Assembly (NCBI GenBank): GCA_951406725.2 | Contig: OX597831.1 | Location: forward strand, 77,314,001 to 77,378,000 | Direction: 5' to 3' | Length of the DNA: 64,000 bases | Origin: Octopus vulgaris | Lineage: Eukaryota | Shown: one piece after another, positions 13,407 through 27,993 of the stretch | How the letters are laid out: each line of letters begins with the position of its first letter | Numbering within the stretch: position 1 is the first letter of the stretch | Notes under the pieces: model-generated | What the model was told of the DNA's origin: nothing | The model's input: the letters and a program-made list of their open reading frames with translations, nothing else | Databases searched by the model: none | Translations under genes and position numbers: made by a program

Positions 13407-13508
13407 TATCTACATATATATATAATAAATTATGTAATAAATTAATTTTACTCTGCTATGTATTGAGTACCTTATTTACTGTGGTTAACCCCGAATCAAC
13501 CCGGGACC

Positions 13509-13556
<48 letters not shown>

Positions 13557-13565
13557 TAGATATAT

Positions 13566-13637
<72 letters not shown>

Positions 13638-14054
13638 ACGGGCACGGTGCGGGTGATACATAATAAATGAATAAATGTATATGTAATAAAAAAACCCCAC
13701 AAAAGTTAACAAACATCCATCTATTAAATTGCTAAAGATGTTGATATTTCAGACGAATATATCTTCTCTTTCATGCGTTAAACTAGTTGAAAAAGAGTAT
13801 ATATATATAAGAAAACACTTAGCGGACGGATCATTTTACATTCTTTCTCTCCCTCTCGTTCCCCTCTCCTCCCCTTCTCCCTCTCCTTCTTTTTCTCTGT
13901 TATAGTCTCTTTGTTTTTCTTTGTCTTTATTTTCCTTTCTTTATTGCCACCATTTATTTATTTATTTATTTATTTATCCGTTCCGTCTTTATACTCTTAA
14001 GAATATGTCTTTGTCTCATTCTCTCTGCCCAAGCGCACGTACATATAACCTCAC

Positions 14055-14118
<64 letters not shown>

Positions 14119-14228
14119 GTGTGTACGTGTGTGTGTAAAATGTGTGCATGTATATAAACATTTTAAATTAAATATATGTGTTTGTGTGTTTGTACGCATA
14201 TGTGTACACACACACACACACACACACT

Positions 14229-14289
<61 letters not shown>

Positions 14290-14414
14290 TGTGACTGTCT
14301 GAAAGTGCACATGTATTTTGGGAGAATATTCTGTGTGTGGGATGAGGAAAGAATGATAGACATGTCAATTAAATATATATATATATATATATGTTAATAT
14401 ATATATATATATTA

Positions 14415-14521
<107 letters not shown>

Positions 14522-14612
14522 CACACAAATATTCATATCTATTTATATGTATGTATGTGTTCGTGTATGTGTGCGTATGCGTGTATGCATGTTTGTATGT
14601 ATGTATATATAC

Positions 14613-14645
<33 letters not shown>

Positions 14646-15284
14646 CGTGTGTAAGTTTTCTAGTCACACTTTTATTCAGTGCTCCGTTCCCTCTATTCTT
14701 TTACGAAGAATAACGTCCCAAAATACACTTGCACTCGTACATAGCCGACATAACACACACACACAGACACATACACTCACACACACATACAGACTTATCC
14801 ACATAACACATTTACAAACATACAGTATAGCAACATACATGCGTACGTGCTCGTTAGTGCGCGCGTGAGTATGCGTGTGTGTTTGTGTGTGTGTGTGTGT
14901 GTATGTGTGCTTATGTTTGTGTGTGTGTGTGTGTGTGTGCGCGCGTGCTTGTGTGTTCATCAACGTTAAATGAATAATTTAATGGACCTGTTAATCTCCT
15001 TATTGTGGTAAAGTGTATCTCCAAGGAAATAATCTATTCTATGAAAGACACGTGACCAAGACTTAAATATATTTGTCGAACGTAAGCCATCGTAATTTGC
15101 CTGAAAACCCTGCTACTATCAACAAATAATTAACGTTATATTGGAAAATCCAGGGCTGTGATATTAATCTAAGTTTTAATAGGTGGGATCCAGAGATGTG
15201 GAAATACTTATCCTTGTTTGACCCTCATTCGCGTTTCTCCTTCTGAGATTTTGAAATTCGTTTGTCGGTTAAAATGTTGGAATT

Positions 15285-15593
15285 CCGTCGGTTACAACGA
15301 CAAGAGTTGCAGTTGGTCTGATCAATGGAACAGCCTGCTCGTGAAATTAATGTGCAAGTGGCTGAGTACTCCACGGACACGCATACGTTTAACGTAGTTC
15401 CCGGCTTAGTTTCTGTGTGACAGAGAATGCGCCAAGGCTGGCCCTTTGAAATACAGGTACAGCTAAATTTTGACAGGTGAGTGAACTAGAGCAACGTGGA
15501 ATAAAGTGTCTTGCTCAAGGATGCGACGCGCTACTGGGAATCGAACACATGACCATATGACCCGAATACCCCAACCACCAAGCCAGGTGCCTT
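15285..15593 (-). mobile_element. SINE family C copy
   Basis: Similar to 2094-2390; gttcgattccc B-box on the minus strand. Confidence 0.7.
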
Positions 15594-15629
15594 CATCGGT
15601 GAGTTCTAACATACATACATACATACATG

Positions 15630-16040
15630 GTGGCTGCCCCCTCGTTATCGAGTATGGCCATTGCACGAAGCTTAATCAATGTTGTTATCGTGCAATGACT
15701 GTGCAAGAAGATTTTTTTTAAAGTGAGGAAAGGCTGTGCACTGAGTCAATCCCACTCACTAAGCAACAGCAGCCATAATCCGAAAAGAAGAACAAGTCAA
15801 CGTCATCGGTAACCACTGAGCCGCAGGTTTTATGTCGGAGTTATCCCAGTTACCTGAGTTACATTCTCCTAGAAGGATGCCCTAACAAAGGCTAGAAGTC
15901 CTTCACTCCCAATGAAAAACAAAACCCGTCAAAGGGCGGAGGAACTCTTTAGAGTCAACGGCCATCCAATAAATGCCTTAAGGTTGTATCATGCGCGGGG
16001 ACATAGAAATAATCGGACTGAATACTCGATCGCGCGGTTA
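15630..16040 (-). mobile_element. Possible RTE-type LINE-derived remnant
   Basis: Higher-GC block between (CATA)n tracts that resembles RTE untranslated ends; no coding evidence. Confidence 0.3.
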
Positions 16041-16300
16041 AACATACATACATACATACATACATACATACATACATACATACATACATACATACATACA
16101 TACATACATACATACATACATACATGCATTATCTCTCTCTCACACGCACGTTATTCTTACACAAGAAATGTTGACAGTGATTTCGAAGTTTCGGCGTGCA
16201 GTCCGATAAAGGCAAAGCAGCCCGAAACTTCGAAATCACTATCAACTGCTTCGTCCTAAACGTATAATAAATATGTACTCTACATAAAGTATTAAATAAT

Positions 16301-16692
16301 CTTTTCTACTCTAGGTACAAGGCCCGAAATATTGGGTGTGGGGTCCTGTCGATGAGATCGACTCCAGTACACAACTGGTACTTATTTTATCGACCTCGAA
16401 AGGATGAAAGGCAAAGTCGGCCTCGGCGGAATTTGAACTCAGAACTTAAAGACAGACGAAATACCGTTGAACATTTCGCCCGGCGTGCTAACGTTTCTTA
16501 TTTCTTTATTGCCCACAAGGGGCTAAACACACAGGAGACAAACAAGGACAGACGAAGGGATTAAGTCGATTACATTGACCTTAGTGCGAAACTGGTCCTT
16601 ATTTTATCGAGCCCGAAAGGATGAAAGGCAAAGTCGACCTCGGCAGAATTTGAACTCAGAACGTAGCGGCAGACATACCGCTAAGCATTTCG
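16301..16692 (-). mobile_element. SINE family B dimer
   Basis: Two bodies with two different tails. Confidence 0.85.
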
Positions 16693-16906
16693 CCAATTTT
16701 GGCGGGCATGACAGATGAAAATTTATATAAAAAACAGAATTAAATGCATACCTCGGTTTCAGCCTTAACAAGAGAATTACTTATGCAATCCAAATGTCCG
16801 TGCTTCTTCAGTGCATCCGTTCATAGTAATGTAAGCGGAAAAGCTAACCCCAGCTTTCATTCTGTTTTTTATATAAATTTTCATCTGTCATGCCCGCCAA
16901 AATTGG
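16693..16906. mobile_element. Fold-back element with perfect 48-bp inverted arms enclosing a hammerhead ribozyme
   Basis: Arms at 16693-16740 and 16859-16906. Confidence 0.85.
16744..16816 (-). ncRNA. Type I hammerhead ribozyme motif with intact core
   Basis: ATGCA-CTGAAGA-AGC...GCT-GAAA-CC-GA-GG-TA-TGCAT: stem I 5 bp, short stem III, GUA triplet. Confidence 0.75.
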
Positions 16907-17136
16907 TTCTGGTGTTCGCTGTATTTTTCCTCTAGAGAATTTCCTTGTAGTTTGACCGTTGACGGTCTATTTCTAGCATATGGCCGACTCCCTAGCAGTA
17001 AGCCCTGCCAATATACACATATATTAGAATTTTCTCTGACTCCTCAGATTTTTGTATGCTGGACTACTGGTTTTAAATTGATATTAAAATTAATATTAAT
17101 TTATCTCCCTCATTATTTATATATATATATATATAC

Positions 17137-17186
<50 letters not shown>

Positions 17187-17365
17187 GTATATATGTATAT
17201 ATATATATATATGTATGTATATGTATATGTATTTTTATGTGTATGTATATATGTATATACATACACACACACATATATATATATGCATTAATTTATACAT
17301 GTATATATGCACCTATCTATTTATCGATCTATATGTCTGTCTGTGTCTGAATATGTGTGTGTCTC

Positions 17366-17399
<34 letters not shown>

Positions 17400-17444
17400 T
17401 GTCTGTCTGTCTGTCTGATTATGACTTTAAATTGCATCTCGCAA

Positions 17445-17922
17445 TTGGGCTCTGGTCGGGAATTCTAGGGTTTCGGTGAGTGTGGAACCATCTCTTTCCC
17501 GCTATTGTTCCCAATCTGCTCTCACCCAGAGTAGTAACTTCCTATCAGAGTCCCAAATATGGGTTAATTAACATGGTATGGAACTAACTCCAAGTACAAT
17601 CCCTGACTACCTTGTGAGTACCTTGGGGGAGGAAAAGGCTAGGGGATGCAACCTCAACAGTTAGTTAGGGAGTAGAAGACCTTAGACAATCCGGTGCTCC
17701 CTTTCGGAAACTCGAGGATTGGTGCTTTCCGAGGCCATTCACCGAAGAGAAGCTCACTGCAGTCGTCTCACTCCGGTGAGCCACCCTGGTCAGACGTCCA
17801 GGTCCTAAGGGTGGGAGCAGATTCCGCAGACTGATTCATTTGAAAGCTATGAAGCTCAAGCTGGAAGAAAAGCGATGTGGCTTCAAAGATCGGTTTACAT
17901 AAATACTTGGGCGCCTGCTAAT
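17445..17922 (+). mobile_element. Possible internally deleted RTE-like element
   Basis: GC-elevated block ending near a KLEEKR-like sequence; weak evidence. Confidence 0.25.
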
Positions 17923-18009
17923 CTCTCTCATGATTTTCTGACGCGTCTGTGTGTGTGTGTGTGTATAAATATATGAAGATTGAGAAACAGAGAGGGGGAG
18001 AGAGAGAGA

Positions 18010-18046
<37 letters not shown>

Positions 18047-18048
<2 letters not shown>

Positions 18049-18339
18049 GCACAGGTATGGCTGTGTGGTAAGAAGCTTGCTTTCCAACTACACAGTTCTG
18101 GATCAAATCTCACTTGGGCAAATGTGTTCCACTATAGCCTCCGGCCAACCGAAGCCTTTTGAGTGGATTTGGTAGGCGGAAACCGAAAGAAGCCCGTGGT
18201 GCATACACACACACATATTCCTCTCTACTTTCTGTCGAAAAGCGACGGCTCGAAACATCAAATACTTTTCCATTTGCACCTGTTTGTTGTTCGCTCACCT
18301 GTGTTTCTCTTCTGATTCTCTGTAAATTTGAACTCTGTG

Positions 18340-18379
<40 letters not shown>

Positions 18380-18575
18380 TCTCCCACCACTGCTTGACAA
18401 CCGGTGTTAGTTTGTTTACGTTACCATAATATAGCAGTTCGGCAAAAAGGGATCAATACAATAAGTATCAGGGTTAAAATTAAATAATTCGTGGGGTCGA
18501 CTCCCTTGATTAAAAGTTCTTCGAAGAGGTGTCCCAGCATGGCTGAAGTCTAATAACTGAAACAGATAAAATATT
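18047..18575 (+). mobile_element. Diverged SINE family A copy with a hammerhead-like insert (~18215-18335) in its internal microsatellite
   Basis: Family A head and tail; ctgtcgaaaagcgacggctcgaaacatc at 18232. Confidence 0.7.
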
Positions 18576-18609
18576 AAAATAAAACCCAGATAAATAAATA
18601 AATAAATAA

Positions 18610-18648
<39 letters not shown>

Positions 18649-18659
18649 CAATGGTTCCT

Positions 18660-18745
18660 AATTCACTACAGCTGTTTCGGCAGCATTTCATTGGCGCATT
18701 CTTAGATCACATTATAGTCAAAAACCCGCCATCATCAGGTAATTT
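18660..18745 (-). ncRNA. Type I hammerhead ribozyme motif next to (TA)n
   Basis: AATTAC-CTGATGA-T-GGCGG...CTGCC-GAAA-CAGCTG-TA-GTGAATT, with palindromic stem III. Confidence 0.7.
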
Positions 18746-18966
18746 TTCTACACATAAACCGGAGAGGTAGTAATAGAAGATGACACGTTCACCAATTATC
18801 ATGATGGACACAGTTAAACTATGTTATAAACAAATGACAACTGAGGGTTGTTTTACCTTGCCGTGAGCTCAATACTACATAGCGACCTACATGCTGGCGA
18901 CCTACCTGTTGGTATGCCTAGATTCTAATGAATCCTATAACTGGCCTATATACATACATACATACA

Positions 18967-19002
<36 letters not shown>

Positions 19003-19004
19003 TA

Positions 19005-19043
19005 TGAGTGGATTTGGTAGACGGAAACTGAAAGAAGCCCGTC

Positions 19044-19104
<61 letters not shown>

Positions 19105-19323
19105 TGTGTGTGTTTGTGTATCTGTGTTTGTCCCCCTAGCATTGCTTGACAACCGATGTTTGGTGTGTTTATGTCCCCGTTACTTAGCAGTTCGGCAAAA
19201 TAGACCGATAGAATAAGTACTGGGCTTACAAAAGAATAAGTCCCGGGGTCGAGTTGCTCGATTAAAGACGGTGCTCCAGCATGGCCGCAGTCAAATGACT
19301 TAAACAAGTAAAAGAGTAAAAGA

Positions 19324-19325
<2 letters not shown>
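19005..19325 (+). mobile_element. SINE family A copy, 5'-truncated
   Basis: Family body and tail. Confidence 0.85.
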
Positions 19326-19360
<35 letters not shown>

Positions 19361-19651
19361 CGTGGTATGAAGTTCAACAAGTGTTAGAACTCTCGATCGG
19401 TGAAGAGAATAGAGTTATTAATACAAACCACACAAAATCTGTTTGAGATTCGACTACCCCGGGTGTTCTCGTCAGGATATTAAATTTATTTTACCATTTC
19501 TCAAGCTGGTAATGTCAACATGGTGGGTTAGCTACTTAGCAACACACACACACAGGTACGACGCATGCACACCCAAATAAACACATACGTACATATATAG
19601 ATATATCCATAGACACATACATATATATGCATATATACAAACACATATACA

Positions 19652-19691
<40 letters not shown>

Positions 19692-20282
19692 CATGCATAC
19701 ACACGCACGCACGCACATGCATATACATACACACACATGCATATACGTAAATGCAGACTTGTTGAATATGCACCCCGCCCTTTTGTTTAAGTTTTCTTTT
19801 TTAAAAAAATATTATTTTCGGATTCCCAACAGCGGAGATTACTGGTTGGCTCCCAAAACTTTTCAAAAATTCAATTTCACTCCCACACTCTCAAATTCGT
19901 TTTTGTTTTTAAATATTATTCAGACGTGTTTGTTTTTTGTTTTTTTTTTGTGAAAAAACTAAAAACGATTTCCATATTTAAAAATACGGAGATTACAACT
20001 CTAAAAGAAAAAAATTTAAATTAAAATTTTTCAAGCATTTCCACCCCACTCGCATCCGGCTTCCATTGAAAGTATTCACACCTGCTCAACATCAACATTT
20101 CGGAATTTTTTAAAACTTGTCCGTTTACTTGCGCCTGCGTGAATGACTTCCGAATGATAAGCCACAGAGTGCGTAAAGAAAGCTTCAACATTCTAGAAAT
20201 AACTGCTAAATCTCTCTCAAACCACGAATATATTGCGTCTTATAAAATGAAAAGAAAACATCGGACAATCTGAATGGATAGA

Positions 20283-20567
20283 GTTGGGGTTTAATCTTAC
20301 AGATACGGATTAGGATTAGTGCAAGGGTTAATGTTTAAGTTTTTGGAGTTAGGATTTAGAGTTAGGGTTAGTGGTTAGAGTAAACACTTAGGATTTCTGG
20401 TAAACATTTAGAGTTAGAGTTACTAATTAGATAAGGATTTAGGGTTTAAGTTTAGGGTTAGCACTTAGGATTAGGGTTAAGATTTAGTGTTAGACTTCAG
20501 TTAAGATTTAGAGTTAAGGTTTAGGGAAGGTTTTAGTGTTAGGGTTTACAGTTAGGGATTAAGGTTT
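20283..20567 (+). repeat. Degenerate interstitial telomere-like (TTAGGG)-variant tract
   Basis: ttagggttagtggttagagt...ttagggtttaagtttagggttagc...ttagggttaag. Confidence 0.7.
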
Positions 20568-21021
20568 AATCACAATTGCTACACGTTCAACGTGAAATTC
20601 CGAAACATTTTCCAAAAGTAGAAAAAAAAAAAGAAATGGAAAAATTTCGCCGATTTAAAAGAGAAATCTAAATTTTGAATATTTTTTGTTATTTTCTTGG
20701 CAAAATCGAACTCTTTTTGAAAACTTAGCAATCCGAATAAATTATATGAATTATTGGGTGAAGAACATTTGATAGTTATTTGGCTGTTCTTTCTAGCATG
20801 TACATTGACAGCTATGCAACACTAGACAATTTACAAGTCGCAGAATCAGGCCACTGCACCAGTTTAAATAAACTATGCCACCCTCAGTTTGTATCTTCTC
20901 AGGACCGCTTCATATCGGTGGATGCATAAAAAGATGCGTAAATTACCCACGTTCTTTTCATCTCACTTTCTGCTCTCACCTTCTCTTCGTTCCTCCATTT
21001 ACTCTTCTCGGGCCTTTCTTA

Positions 21022-21060
21022 TGCATATCTGATGAAGAGCCATATCCGAAACGTCACACT
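21022..21060 (+). ncRNA. Degenerate minimal hammerhead motif in a pLTR-like remnant
   Basis: CTGATGAAGAGCCATATCCGAAACGTC; the stems are mismatched. Confidence 0.45.
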
Positions 21061-21292
21061 TTTAATTTTAATATCATCTCTGAAACTTTCATCGATCGTC
21101 ATACAAATAATATTCACTGTGTTCGTCCCTTTGACATTCGTTGCTTTTTGTCTTTGTTTTTGAATTCGTCGTTCATAATCGATTTGCTTGTGTGTGGGTA
21201 TGTGTGAGTGTGTGTTCGCATTATTATTTAGCAGAAGTAACAAAGTGACTCAAGGACCGAGAGAATTCCGTGCGTTGGCACTTATCAAATTA

Positions 21293-21396
<104 letters not shown>

Positions 21397-22496
21397 GGCG
21401 CAGGAGTGGCTGTGTGGTAAGTAGCTTGCTAACCAACCACATGGTTCCGGGTTCAGTCCCACAGCGTGGCATCTTGGGCAAGTATCTTCTGCTATAGCCC
21501 CGTTTTGGTAAACGGAAACTGAAAGAAGCCCGTCGTATATATGTATATATATATGTATATGTATGTGTGTGTGTGTGTATGTTTTTGTGTCTGTGTTTGT
21601 CCCCCTAGCATTGCTTGACAACCGATGCTGGTGTGTTTACTTCCCCGTCACTTAACGGTTCGGCAAAAGAGACCGATAGAATAAGTACTGGGCTTACAAA
21701 GAATAAGTCATGGGGTCGATTTGCTGGACTAAAGGGGGTGCTCCAGCATGGCCGCTTATATATATATAAGGCACAAGAGTACCTGTGGGCTAAGAAGCTT
21801 GCTTACCAACCACATGGTTCTGCGTGACACCTTGGGCAAGTGTCTCCTACTATAGCCTCGGGCCGACCAAAGCCTTGTGAGTGGATTTGGTATATATATA
21901 TGTATGTGTGTGTGTGTATGTTTGTGTCGGTGTTTGTCTCCCACCAACATCGCTTGACAGCCGATGCTAGTGTGTTTACGTCCCTGCAACCTAACGGTTC
22001 GGCAAAAACCAGATCGATAGAATATGTACTAGACTTACAAAGAATAAGTCCTGGGGTCGATTTGTTCGACTAAAGGCGGTGCTCCAGCACGGCCGCAGTC
22101 AAAAGACTGAAACACAAGAGTAAAAGAGTAAAAGAGTGTATATATTACTCTTTTACTCTTTCACTTGTTTCAGTCATTTGACTGCGGCCGTGCTGGAGCA
22201 CCGCCTTTCGTCGAGCAAATCGACCCCGGGACTTATTCTTTGTAAGTCTAGTACTTATTCTATCGGTCTCTTTTGCCGAACCGCTAGATGACGGGGACGT
22301 AAACACACCAGCATTGGTTGTCAAGCAATACTAGGGGAACAAACACAGACACACAAGCACACACACACATATATATATATACGACAGGCTTCTTTCAGTT
22401 TCCGTCTACCAAATCCACTCACAAGGCATTGGTCGGCCCGGGGCTATAGCAGAAGACACTTGCCCAAGATGCCACGCAGTGGGACTGAACCCGGAA

Positions 22497-22498
<2 letters not shown>
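21397..22498. mobile_element. Cluster of three SINE family A copies (+ 21397-21756, + 21770-22137, - 22146-22498)
   Basis: Family sequence; the last two copies are tail-to-tail. Confidence 0.9.
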
Positions 22499-22553
<55 letters not shown>

Positions 22554-22962
22554 TCATAAATTAAATTTTATTTCCTAGTTTGCATCACCAAACCTGAACA
22601 CACACATACACATACATACATATTATCTATTTATCTATCTATCTAAAATTATATATCATACACATGTTAATACACTTAAACACACACACACACACACACA
22701 TATATATAATCATAACATGTGGCTGGATTTTATCAACAAATGCGCCTCCGTATTAGATGTAATTGTATATCAATGTATATATATCGTATCGTTGTTCAGC
22801 AGATTTCGCCATTTTTATTGAGCCAACTCGTTAATCGCTTTATTTATAACAAAAGTATTTTCGGCTACAGAGCTCCGAAATATTTCTCCGTATAATTACC
22901 CTATATACATACACACATACGCATATACATACATACACACACACATACATACATACATACAT

Positions 22963-23094
<132 letters not shown>

Positions 23095-23172
23095 CATCTA
23101 TACATATATATATATATATACATATATACATATATATATATATAAATACATATATATATATATATAAATACA

Positions 23173-23258
<86 letters not shown>

Positions 23259-23884
23259 ATCATCTAAATGCATACATATATACGTATGACAGTGACATGT
23301 GAATGTGATGGCTGTGTAGCAATTTCCTGAACAATGAACTCAGCTGTTTAGGTTTCAGCTCCCAGTTGGGTCCCTCTGAAATCTTAGCCTCGCATCTACG
23401 TCCTATTCTTGTAGCGTAGACACACTGGCTGCTGCTGTCATTGTGGTTGTTGTTGCTGTTGTTGTCGTGTTGTAAATAGTTTTATGTAGAGTAACGATGA
23501 AATATTGAAGTTTGACAGACTTGAGATATTACAATATGTTATGCTTGTTGTTGTTGCTCTTGCTTTTGTTGTTGTTATGTTTGTAGTTGGGGGTTACTAA
23601 TGGTATTAGTGGTGGTGATGTGGATAGGGTGTAAGGTGGATGGGGGTTTAGTTAGGAATGCCGTATTGTAGTGTAATAGTAAACATACCCGTCAGTCTTG
23701 AACGGGGTGGTTGGCTCTTCGTAAAATTTTCTGCTGGCAGAATTCGTAAAGCGTCTGAAATGATTGCTTTGCTCTATGTTTCCAACTCCGTTTGTTCTGG
23801 GTTCAAATCCAGCCGAGGTAAATTTCCCCACCAACAGTAGAAATGAAGTACAAGTTGAATACTGGGGTCGATAGTACGACCACT

Positions 23885-24315
23885 CTTCTTCTTCTTCTTC
23901 TTCTTCTTCTTCTTCTTCTTCTTCTACTTCTTCTTCTTTTCTTCTTCTTCTTCTTCTTCTTCTTCTTCTTCTTCTTTTTCTTCTTCTCCTTCTTCTTCTT
24001 CTTTTTCTTTTCTTCTTCTTCTTCTTCTTCTTCTTCTTCTCCTTCTTCTTCTTTTTCTTTTTCTTCTTCTTCTTCTTCTTCTTCTTCTTCTTTTTCTTTT
24101 TCTTCTTCTTCTTCTTCTTCTCCTTCTTCTTCTTCTTCTTCTTCTTTTTCTTCTTCTTCTTTCTCCTTCTTCTTCTTCTTTTTCTTCTTCTTCTTCTTTT
24201 TCTTCTTCTTCTTTTTCTTTTTCTTCTTCTTCTTCTTCTTCTTCTTCTTCTTCTTCTTCTTCTTCTTCTTCTTCTTCTTCTTCTTCTTCTTCTTCTTCTT
24301 CTTCTTCTTCTTCTC
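23885..24315. repeat. (CTT)n polypyrimidine tract
   Basis: Directly visible. Confidence 0.95.
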
Positions 24316-24323
24316 ATTATTAT

Positions 24324-24735
24324 TGGCTGCGAGGTGGCAGAAACGTTAGCACGTCGGACGAAATGCTTAGTGGTAATTTCGTCTGCCGCTACGTTCTAAG
24401 TTCAAATTCCGCCGAGGTCGACTTTGCCTTTCATCCTTTCGGGGTCGATTAAATAAGTACCAGTTACACACTGGGGTCGATATAATCGACTTAATCCGTT
24501 TGTGTGTCCTTGTTTGTCTCCTCTGTGTGTAGCCCCTTGTAGGCAGTAAAGAAATAGGTATTTCGTCTGACACTACGTTCAAATCCTACCGAGGTCGACT
24601 TTGCCTTTCATCCATTCGGGGTCGATTAAATTAAGTACCAGTTATGCACTGCGGTCGATCTAATCGACTTATTCCCTTTGTTTGTCCTTGTTTTTCCCCT
24701 CTCCGTATAGCCCCTTGTGGGCAATAAAGAAATAA
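24324..24735 (+). mobile_element. SINE family B dimer
   Basis: Head-body-tail, joined at gaaata|ggtatttcg to a second body-tail. Confidence 0.85.
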
Positions 24736-24762
24736 ATTACTATTATTATTATTATTATTATT

Positions 24763-25309
24763 GAGTGAGAGAGCAGTTCATGCCATCAAAGTGACACTGG
24801 GGTAAAATATACGAAGCCCAATATACCCATCATGACTACCCGTCTGATAAGGGCATACCAGGCACATGCATCACAACCATATGTGCGCGGCATGGTGATC
24901 TCATATCAAGATAAACTGCACATGACCTTGCAGGTGGGGCCCAGTTAGAATTTTCTTCAGGTTGAGTAGCCCATCCCGCTCAAACGGTCCCTGAATAAGG
25001 GTTGTTTAAGGATGTTGAAAAACCCACCCATGTCTCCAGAGGTGAATTATTCAAACCCCAAAGAATCCCTCTCAACACATGGCTATGATGCTCCCCCACT
25101 ACTTCTGTTCGTGATCAGAGATGCACATATCGTCAGCCACTAAGGGACATGCTCAACTGGTTAAAGTCAAACAACTGACAAGCAAATCTGTGGTATTGAG
25201 CAGAATATTTGCTGTAGCCCATCTTTTATACCAAGACAGAACAATGTACATGATAACACTCCCAATCAGTTAAGATCAGAAGCCATGAGAGCCTCTGCCT
25301 GGTACTGCA
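24763..25309 (-). mobile_element. Non-coding ~550-bp element (family D) flanked by (TTA)n on both sides
   Basis: Further copies at 47209-47699 and 47739-47899, also in (TAA)n; strand assigned relative to the TAA strand. Confidence 0.8.
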
Positions 25310-25402
<93 letters not shown>

Positions 25403-25521
25403 TCTATATTGTCTTTGCACAGCTTCTATCGCTGGAGATGTACTATGGTGTCAGCTGTTCACTACCAGTGAACTAAGGTAACACCACTTATTTTTCGAGC
25501 ACCATCCGGAGTATTCGAGCG

Positions 25522-25832
<311 letters not shown>

Positions 25833-25854
25833 TTAATAATAATAATAATAATAA

Positions 25855-26155
<301 letters not shown>

Positions 26156-26625
26156 GAAAATGTCCTGGGTTATTTTGGCTGAGTCCTTTACACTTCAGGC
26201 TATTAATCAATGCTAGAAATAGCAGTTACTAGAATGTGGCACATTGGAAGCGGCTCAAAGAAGAATCGAACCTGCAGCTATGGTACTCGCTCACCACACA
26301 ACTGACATACATCTGAACAATTCTGTCTTCAAATTCACCTTCGTTACGTTTTAAGCTGTAACATCTGTTCTGGTCTTCCTTCCCTTGGCTTGAACTATTA
26401 ACCGTAGGGGAGACCTCGCAGCAAAAAACATTTTTTTTAAATGTATTCTCTTCTTATAATACCACCCACAGCAGGAAAAAAACATTGTGACAGCTATCAG
26501 TTTCCTCAGACGATCCTAATATTCTATAGAATAGTATATTAAGGTAATAGAATGTAATGAATAGCTGAGATGCATAACTTGTGGGACACAAAATTCCAGG
26601 AGAAAAAAACTTCATTTGAAATAAT

Positions 26626-27056
26626 AGGCACAGGAGTGGCTGTGTGGTAAGTAGCTTGCTGAGCAACCACATGGTTCCGGGTTCAGTCCCACTGCGTGGC
26701 ATCTTGGGCAAGTGTTTTCTGCTATAGCCCCGGGCCGACCAATGCCGACCAATGCCTTGTGAATGGATTTGGGAGACGGAAACTGAAAGAAGCCTGTCGT
26801 ATATATGTATATATATATAAGTGTGTGGGTATATGTTTGTGTGTCTGTGTTTGTCTCCCTAGCATTGCTTGACAACCGATGCTGGTGTGTTTACGTCCCC
26901 GTCACTTAGCGGTTCGGCAAAAGAGACCGATAGAATAAGTACTGGGCTCACAAAGAATAAGTCCCAGGGTCGATTTGCTCGACTAAAGGCGGTGCTCCAG
27001 CATGGCCGCAGTCAAATGACTGAAACAAGTAAAAGAGTAAAAGAGTAAAAAGAGTA
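26626..27056 (+). mobile_element. SINE family A copy
   Basis: Full length with three tail repeats. Confidence 0.9.
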
Positions 27057-27316
27057 ATATACATGCGCGCGCGCGTGTGTATGTATTGTTTATGTTTTAC
27101 TTGTTCCAGTCATTAGACTGTGGCCATGCTGGAGCACTATATTGAAGAATTTTAGGCGAATGATTCGACTCCCGCACTTTATTTATTCATTTATTTATTG
27201 AAGCCTGGTGCTTATTCTATCGGACTCTGTAGCCGAACCCGCTAAGTTATGAGGACGTAAACACACCAAAACCGGTTGTTAAGCGGTGGTGGAGGACAAA
27301 GACAGAAGGACACACA

Positions 27317-27397
<81 letters not shown>

Positions 27398-27643
27398 ACA
27401 CACACACACACACACATAAAATCATCTACCAAATTTGTTCAGAAGGCCTTGGAGTTCCTGAGGCCATAGTATACATACTTTAGGAAGTTTAAAGTTATGG
27501 CCGGTCATAAAGTGACCACTGGCTTCGTGTATCCGAAAAACAAACATATTTGACCGACCATAACTTTTATCTTACTAAAAGAATACATTACTACTCCAAT
27601 ACTCTAGGGAGTATGTTTCTTTTACGGATATATGAACTACTGA

Positions 27644-27709
<66 letters not shown>

Positions 27710-27712
<3 letters not shown>

Positions 27713-27993
27713 TATATATAATTTATAAATCCCGTTCTGTCTGTCTGTTTGTGCGCTTATAAATCGAGTATTGTTCATCTGTCCGCGCTGAAATTTTAAA
27801 CATGGATACTTGAGAGAGCGGGGTGTTCCGTAATCTAATAAGATTTTCAAAATTGTCAGTTTCAAAGTGAGAATCGCTATTTTTGTAATCCTTATAGACT
27901 GTCCATCAGATGATTAAAACTTCCATAACACCCTCCAGGTTAACCCTGTTCATCTTTACAAACCGTCCAATGGACGGGGGTGGTGTTTGCTAG
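27710..27993 (+). mobile_element. Non-autonomous Helitron
   Basis: Sub-terminal hairpin ccgtcc-aat-ggacgg followed by CTAG|T; 5' part similar to the copy at 32786. Confidence 0.7.

Noticed and set aside
15630-17922. HDV-like ribozymes in the RTE-like remnants
   Set aside because: I could not build a convincing nested double pseudoknot.
23652-24349. Protamine-like poly-Arg/Lys ORF
   Set aside because: Translation of a pure (CTT)n tract.
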